A DNA stretch of 64,000 nt from Trypanosoma brucei (taxonomy: Eukaryota), in assembly GCA_000002445.1 (NCBI GenBank), contig CP000070.1, positions 2,048,001 to 2,112,000 on the forward strand. The letters run 5' to 3'. A program made the translations under genes and the position numbers. Every line of letters begins with the position of its first letter. The stretch's first letter is position 1. A model generated the notes under the pieces. That model ran no database searches, had not been told where the DNA came from, and worked only from the letters and a program-made list of their open reading frames with translations. Below are positions 62,315 through 64,000 of the stretch, in pieces.

Positions 62315-64000
62315 AAAAAAAAAGAAAGAGCAACCATATCACAGCGCACTAACAAGACAAACATCCCGAAAGAGAAAATGTGTGAAACACGTTTAGCGGG
62401 CCACAGTTCAGTTCCACTGCAATGGCAGTGTGGAAAGTGGTCAAGACATTCAGGTAAGGCAGGAGGAGTGTAGGTGGAAGAAGAAGAAGTGAATGTCAAC
62501 AAACAGGGGCAATTAACGAACAACTGAACTGAAAGAAGAAATGAAAAAAAAAAATGCGTACCTTCCAGTCCGCTCACGGAACTGCCATTAGGAAGCAGAC
62601 AAAAATCAAAAAAGGAAACAACCACCCGAAGACACACACACACACAAAAGATGTCATTTCCCACCAAACAAACGGCCCTTTTCTCGTGTGACGGCTGGAG
62701 TTGCACGACCCTTTGACCGAAGTGGGAGTGCAGAGCCGCTAAACATGCGCAGGTGACGGCGGACCGTCTGCTTACCCACTTGATAATATGTATATCATGT
62801 ACCCTCTTCATTCCCTTGTAATAAATAATATCAAAAATAATAATAATATAAAACAAGAAACGCTGAATATTCCTTATTTTTTTTCCTCTTTCGCTGCGCT
62901 TCCCACAGCACGAGGAAAGCAAGAGAGAAATAAAGCGTACCAACAACAACAACAAAAAGCCCTTTTGCATCGAGCCGGTCGGAGGCGCCAGCAGCAACTT
63001 ATTTTCCCTCTTCCTCTTCCTCTTCTTACGATCTCGCCTCTGTGCTAGCCACCGCCCATTCCCTTTTGCGAAAAAAGAAAAACAATTATCGTTTGCCCAC
63101 TTTGCTTATCACATTTTTTTTTTTGCTTCCCCAACCTCTTCCACAATTTTGGCTGCTTCGTTTTCGTTCCCTCTGCTGTAACCAGAGAAGAGGGAAACAA
63201 ATACACAAATAATAACAGTTAAACGCCCGCATGCCATAATCAAGCCATATACAAACCAGTCACGGGTGAAGAAAAAGGTAGACAAACGACAACATCTTCA
63301 CATGACCAGTGACATTTAGGAGCACCAGCAGAACAAAGAGAAAAAGGTTAAAATTGACATAAATACAAAAAAAAAACTACAACAACAAAAAACAGCACAA
63401 CACCAACACCAAAGAAGGGGAAGGGGAAGGGTAGCAATGTGGAAAGAGTCCCAATAGACACGCCCGTAATATAAAGCAGGAAGACGGTCCACAATGCAGA
63501 TGTGCGGCTATCGCATATATATATATATATATGTAATGCATACATCTACACATACATATGTCGGAAGAATGTAAGCAAAGTTGGAAGATATAGGGTAGAA
63601 AGACCGCTTCCAGGCTGTCAGCCACTAGTTTATGCACATGCACACGCAGCAAATTTTCAGAGAGAAGGTAGAAACCCGTTGATGAGGGGCTAAACGTGTT
63701 AGGGTAACGGAAGATCACGCCAAGTGTCGTAAAGCGCTGAAAGAAAAAATAAGAATCTGGAGCTTTACAGTTCAAAGTGGTCCCAGCCTACTTTTAATAT
63801 GCCGCAACCGACCGTCACGGTCGAGTTTCCACAACATCACCACCATCCATAAACTCTCCGTTTTTTTCTTTGCTTCTTGTTACCCGCTCCTTTTCTTATT
63901 CTTCTCATCATATCGGTTTGAATTCCCAACACATCCCCCTTTGACGCCATGTAAGTTATTTCTTTTTTTTATACTTCAAGCACCCGCGTCTCTCCCCCCT

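Noticed and set aside
1-64000. Possibility of a prokaryotic defence island, operon or CRISPR array, as suggested by the task framing
   Set aside because: There are no short direct repeats with unique spacers and no Shine-Dalgarno-spaced overlapping ORFs. The gene content (kinesin, ankyrin, cyclin, STPGR, COG4, SURP) is eukaryotic, and the genes are 2-7 kb long and unidirectional with large spacers. I treat the window as kinetoplastid nuclear DNA.

Overview
This window looks like a nuclear chromosomal segment from a kinetoplastid (Trypanosoma-like) genome, not a prokaryote. It holds 15 long, intron-less ORFs, 2–7 kb each, all on the minus strand and separated by 0.5–2.2 kb pyrimidine/purine-tract-rich spacers. 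That is the typical layout of a single directional polycistronic transcription unit. One tRNA-like gene, tRNA-Ala with anticodon CGC, lies on the same strand inside the cluster. Overall GC is about 50%.

Products recognisable from motifs read directly in the translations are:
- a dual-specificity phosphatase (HCxxGxxRS)
- a PHO80-like cyclin with a poly-Q tract
- an ESAG8-type leucine-rich-repeat protein with an N-terminal coiled coil
- a giant (2395 aa) sperm-tail PG-rich repeat (STPGR) protein with a near-perfect tandem array
- a DUF4139/MuiA-like protein
- a bacterial-type nitroreductase, a candidate orthologue of the trypanosome type I NTR that activates nitro-drugs
- an RNI-like LRR protein
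- a large ankyrin-repeat protein
- a kinesin
- a SURP-module (SF3a1/SWAP-like) protein
- a COG4-like protein
- a large DEAD-box RNA helicase
- several low-complexity hypothetical proteins

There are no rRNA genes, no CRISPR arrays and no obvious transposable elements. I see no evidence of a novel multi-gene system in the prokaryotic sense. The most interesting items are:
- the unstable intragenic repeat array in the STPGR gene
- the tRNA-like gene with a degenerate B box embedded in a Pol II unit
- the nitroreductase

All family assignments rest on motifs seen in the sequence and have not been checked against any database. No gene symbols are given because I do not recognise any of these genes with certainty.
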